A stretch of DNA of 64,000 bases from Candidatus Poribacteria bacterium (GTDB taxonomy: Bacteria; Poribacteria; WGA-4E; WGA-3G): contig OZ240248.1 in the NCBI GenBank assembly GCA_965198235.1, positions 512,001 through 576,000 on the forward strand, written 5' to 3'. Both the position numbers and the translations under genes were made by a program. A model generated the notes under the pieces. It saw only the letters and a list, made by a program, of their open reading frames with translations, ran no database searches and was not told where the DNA came from. This document shows, piece after piece, positions 61,046-64,000 of the stretch; position 1 is the first letter of the stretch; each line of letters begins with the position of its first letter.

Positions 61046-61669
61046 TTAAGGTTGTTGCGTTGTGACGACGACGCGCCGCATTTCACCCTCGCCTTGGCTG
61101 TAGGTAGACACGACTTCGTCCCCTTTTAAGGCGACATGAATAATACGCCTGTCGCGTGCGGACATCGGTGCGAGGACGACTTCCCTGTCGGTATATCTGA
61201 CCTTTTCAGCGACTTGGTGTGCCATTTCGACGAGTCGTTCTTCTCGGCGTTCTCGATAGCCTTCTGTGTTGACGAAAACGCGTCTTTTTACAAGCGAGGC
61301 TTTGTTAACGATACAATTAAGCAAACGTTCGATCGCATCGAGAGTCTGCCCGTGTTTCCCGATGAGCAGTGCGGGGCTGTCGGTGACAACATTGAGGTGT
61401 GTGCTTCCGTCAACAAAGCTTGATTCGACCTCTACGTCAATTCTCATCCGACTGAGCATCTCCTTTAGGATTGTCTCCGGTGCGGAAGAGACATCTTGTT
61501 TGAGTGTTGCTCGAATCTTTGCCGGTTTAGCACCGAAATTCAAAATCCCTTTCGTAGGTTCATTGACGATGTCAATTGTGACCTGATCCCGAGTTGCCTC
61601 GAGTTCGGTCAGCGCGTGTTCAATTGCTTCCTCCACTGTATCGCCTTCGGTTTCGATATAGTGCTGCAC
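61046..61669 (-). CDS. jag: Jag/KhpB (EloR) RNA-binding protein
   Basis: Jag_N (GDTVEEAI), KH (LIGKHGQTLDA), R3H (RDRRIIH); GTG start; downstream of yidC. Confidence 0.92.
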   Translation of the reverse strand: MQHYIETEGDTVEEAIEHALTELEATRDQVTIDIVNEPTKGILNFGAKPAKIRATLKQDVSSAPETILKEMLSRMRIDVEVESSFVDGSTHLNVVTDSPALLIGKHGQTLDAIERLLNCIVNKASLVKRRVFVNTEGYRERREERLVEMAHQVAEKVRYTDREVVLAPMSARDRRIIHVALKGDEVVSTYSQGEGEMRRVVVTTQQP

Positions 61670-61695
61670 AAGTTAATATCCTCTTTTTAATTATA

Positions 61696-61941
61696 CCTTG
61701 CGGTTCGGTCAAGTGGATTAGTGATTTCACGTGCCTTTACGTATATCTGAAGAAACACCCAAGCAAAAACCCTGCGCCGTTGTTGCAGGCTGCGTTCTCG
61801 TTAAAACCGCACAAACTAACAGTTTATGCTACAAGACGTTGAGGCTTAACCGAAAACCTCTTAACTGACTGCTGAAAGCGAACCGACCCGAAGGATGATA
61901 GCCATTCACCAGAAACCCGCTCGTAACGAAGTGGAGAGCGG
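61696..61941. repeat. Mosaic intergenic repeat with REP-like palindrome
   Basis: Modules shared with 44015-44179, plus minus-strand gtagcataaactgttagtttgtgc. Confidence 0.6.
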
Positions 61942-61980
61942 CCCAGGCGCAATAGTTAAAAAACTTGCGGGACAATAGTT

Positions 61981-63819
61981 TTACTTTCGTTTGGAGTTGT
62001 TCCTTTTTTTCGTGTCTGCTGGTGCGGACTGATCTTCGTCAGTCTCGTTTCGGTTCTGCAAGTATTGTTGTGCTATCGTGAAAACGTTATTGCACAGCCA
62101 ATACAACACAAACCCGGATGCCCAGTTATAAAAGATGAAGATAAAAATGAGGGGCATAAACTGCATTAATTTTGCTTGCATATTGTCCGTCGTTGGTGCC
62201 ATATTACCGACGAATTTCTGTTGGAGCCAAGTTGTCAAACCATTTATTATCGGCAATAGACGGACGGCATCTATCTGCGTGACAATCAATGGAATCGTGA
62301 AAGGCAATTCGATTAAAGTGTCAGGTGCAGAAAGGTCATCAATCCATAAAAGGAAGGGTGCCCCACGGAGTTCCACTGCGCTTCCAAGAAGTGCGAAGAG
62401 TGCCCAAAAAATCGGAATTTGTGGAAGCCATGGTATACAGCCACCTAACGGGTTGACACCGTGTTCCTTATAGAGTCGCATTGTAGCGCGATTGAGTTTC
62501 TGCGGGTCATCCCTGTATTTCTCCTTCAATTCCACTAACTGCGGTTGAAGTTTCTGCATCTCCTTCATAGATTTATGTGCTTTGCGTGTGAAAGGATAAG
62601 AGATGACCTTCACCAAAGCCGTCAGTAGGATAATCGCGATGCCGTAGTTTCCAAAGATACCGTGCAAACCTTTGAATACCCAGAGCATTCCCCATGCGAG
62701 GGGCCAGAAGAATCCGAAGTCGATGACTTTCGAGAGCCGCACTGGGTTTTCAGGTGCATTCGGTGCCTCTATACTTTTTAGGATTGTATCGTTCTTCGGT
62801 CCGACGTAGAGCCGGAAAACATCCGTTCTCTTCCCCTGTGCCGCGAGATAAAAACTCGGTACTACGAGTGCAGCGGTCTCTGTTGGTGCGGTGACAGCGA
62901 TATCGGTTGTAACATTTGCCTGTGGTGTCTCTATAAATCTATATGTAGCGGCAAGCTGCTGATCTGGGATCATCAATGCGCTGAAGTACTGGCTGTCCAT
63001 ACCTGCCCAGAGAACTGTCGCTAAAGCCTGTTCAGATTTGAGTTCACGCCTCGGTTTGTCCTCACCGATATAAGCTTTTGCACCTTCACTGCCGCGTCGC
63101 CCACGTTTGCCGCTCTTCTTTTCATGTGGGAGCAGATCGGCATTGATACCTCGTCCCCATTGAAGTTGGTATCCGTTTGTGGGTTCGGTTCCACCCATAA
63201 GCAGCGGTTCGTCAGAGACATTTTGGAAGGTTACCGCCATGTCAACGAAATAGCTGCCCGGATTGAAGGTGAACTGCTTCGCGACCTGTAGTTTTTCCTC
63301 AATTGTTGTCTTAAAAGTGAGTGTTTTAGGGTGTTGCCCATCTGCGATGCTTATTTTCGATCTATCTGCCTGCCATGTCGCGAGGCGGTGATCAAGGTTA
63401 CGCTGCAACTGTTGATTTCCTAACCGAATTTCAAGGCAGTTAAGCGCGTTATCCGGAATTAAGTTCAAAGGGGTTTTGTCTGCATCTGACCGGTCCGGAA
63501 AATGATTTAACTGCCACTTTTTGGTGATTGCGAGTTTTTCGTTAAAGACGATATTATAGTTATCGGTTTGGACATTAACTTCTGTATCGTCTGGCCTTTC
63601 CTCACTTGGAGCCCAGAGGTCAGGGTTGAGAGACACGTCGGTTTCATCGAGTGTTCCCTGCGTTGCGGTATCCGATTGTGTTTCGCTTGGACTTGATGCT
63701 GGTCTCTCGGTAGTTGCAGGTTCATCGGGTTGAGGGGCGAAGCGTTTGCCGAAAAATAGGCTCCATCCGACCATCACAGCAATCATTAGAACCAATGCAA
63801 GAATGTAACGTACTCCCAT
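61981..63819 (-). CDS. yidC: Membrane protein insertase YidC
   Basis: YVGPK, GNYGIAIILLT, MQKLQP, NPLGGC, WIDDLSAPD, VLYW. Confidence 0.97.
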   Translation of the reverse strand: MGVRYILALVLMIAVMVGWSLFFGKRFAPQPDEPATTERPASSPSETQSDTATQGTLDETDVSLNPDLWAPSEERPDDTEVNVQTDNYNIVFNEKLAITKKWQLNHFPDRSDADKTPLNLIPDNALNCLEIRLGNQQLQRNLDHRLATWQADRSKISIADGQHPKTLTFKTTIEEKLQVAKQFTFNPGSYFVDMAVTFQNVSDEPLLMGGTEPTNGYQLQWGRGINADLLPHEKKSGKRGRRGSEGAKAYIGEDKPRRELKSEQALATVLWAGMDSQYFSALMIPDQQLAATYRFIETPQANVTTDIAVTAPTETAALVVPSFYLAAQGKRTDVFRLYVGPKNDTILKSIEAPNAPENPVRLSKVIDFGFFWPLAWGMLWVFKGLHGIFGNYGIAIILLTALVKVISYPFTRKAHKSMKEMQKLQPQLVELKEKYRDDPQKLNRATMRLYKEHGVNPLGGCIPWLPQIPIFWALFALLGSAVELRGAPFLLWIDDLSAPDTLIELPFTIPLIVTQIDAVRLLPIINGLTTWLQQKFVGNMAPTTDNMQAKLMQFMPLIFIFIFYNWASGFVLYWLCNNVFTIAQQYLQNRNETDEDQSAPADTKKRNNSKRK

Positions 63820-63882
63820 CGAGATTAGATGCTCCTCATTTTTTGTGTTTCTTAAATATATTAATTATTGAAGTTTGCCCTG

Positions 63883-64000
63883 CTATTTTAGAGGATCAAA
63901 GCCTCCCGGATGGTAAGGGTGGCATTTTGAAAGTCGTTTCATTGTTAGCCAACACCCTTTGAACGTGCCGTAGCGCTTTAACGCTTGGAGTGCATATTGC
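63883..64000 (-). CDS. yidD: Membrane protein insertion efficiency factor YidD, 5' end outside the window
   Basis: Manual translation [38 protein letters not shown]. Confidence 0.92.
   Translation of the reverse strand, partial: QYALQALKRYGTFKGCWLTMKRLSKCHPYHPGGFDPLK

Overview
Bacterial chromosomal window, mostly core genome and probably near oriC, since it ends in yidD-yidC-jag-mnmE. The LamG protein with a C-terminal 'VEPTGKLATTWGNLK' tail, two PhyH dioxygenases, a sulfatase and a PorV-family gene suggest Candidatus Poribacteria or a relative (inference). Contents: a PorV-family gene beside a 1922-aa Ig-repeat protein with a T9SS-like C-terminal domain; a heme cluster (hemE, MBL-TPR protein, hemH, hemG/hemY, pentaheme cytochrome c); the tRNA-rpmG-secE-nusG-rplKAJL cluster without tuf or rpoBC; rpoZ, mqnC, glnE, gdh, pdxJ and sugar catabolism genes; six tRNAs. 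Signals the ORF track misses: (1) an exported thioredoxin-TPR protein with an in-frame UGA in a W-U-G-F-C active site followed by a SECIS-like hairpin, a predicted selenoprotein; (2) a 145-bp protein-less IS200/IS605 derivative that keeps a TnpB omega-RNA-like right end; (3) an Rpn nuclease with an internal SD/ATG for an intragenic antitoxin; (4) a two-piece dnaE relic; (5) a structured RNA candidate between tRNA-Tyr and tRNA-Gly; (6) a four-Cys insert in ferrochelatase; (7) GTAG REP/REPIN and mosaic repeats. All family calls come from motif recognition by eye; no database searches were run.
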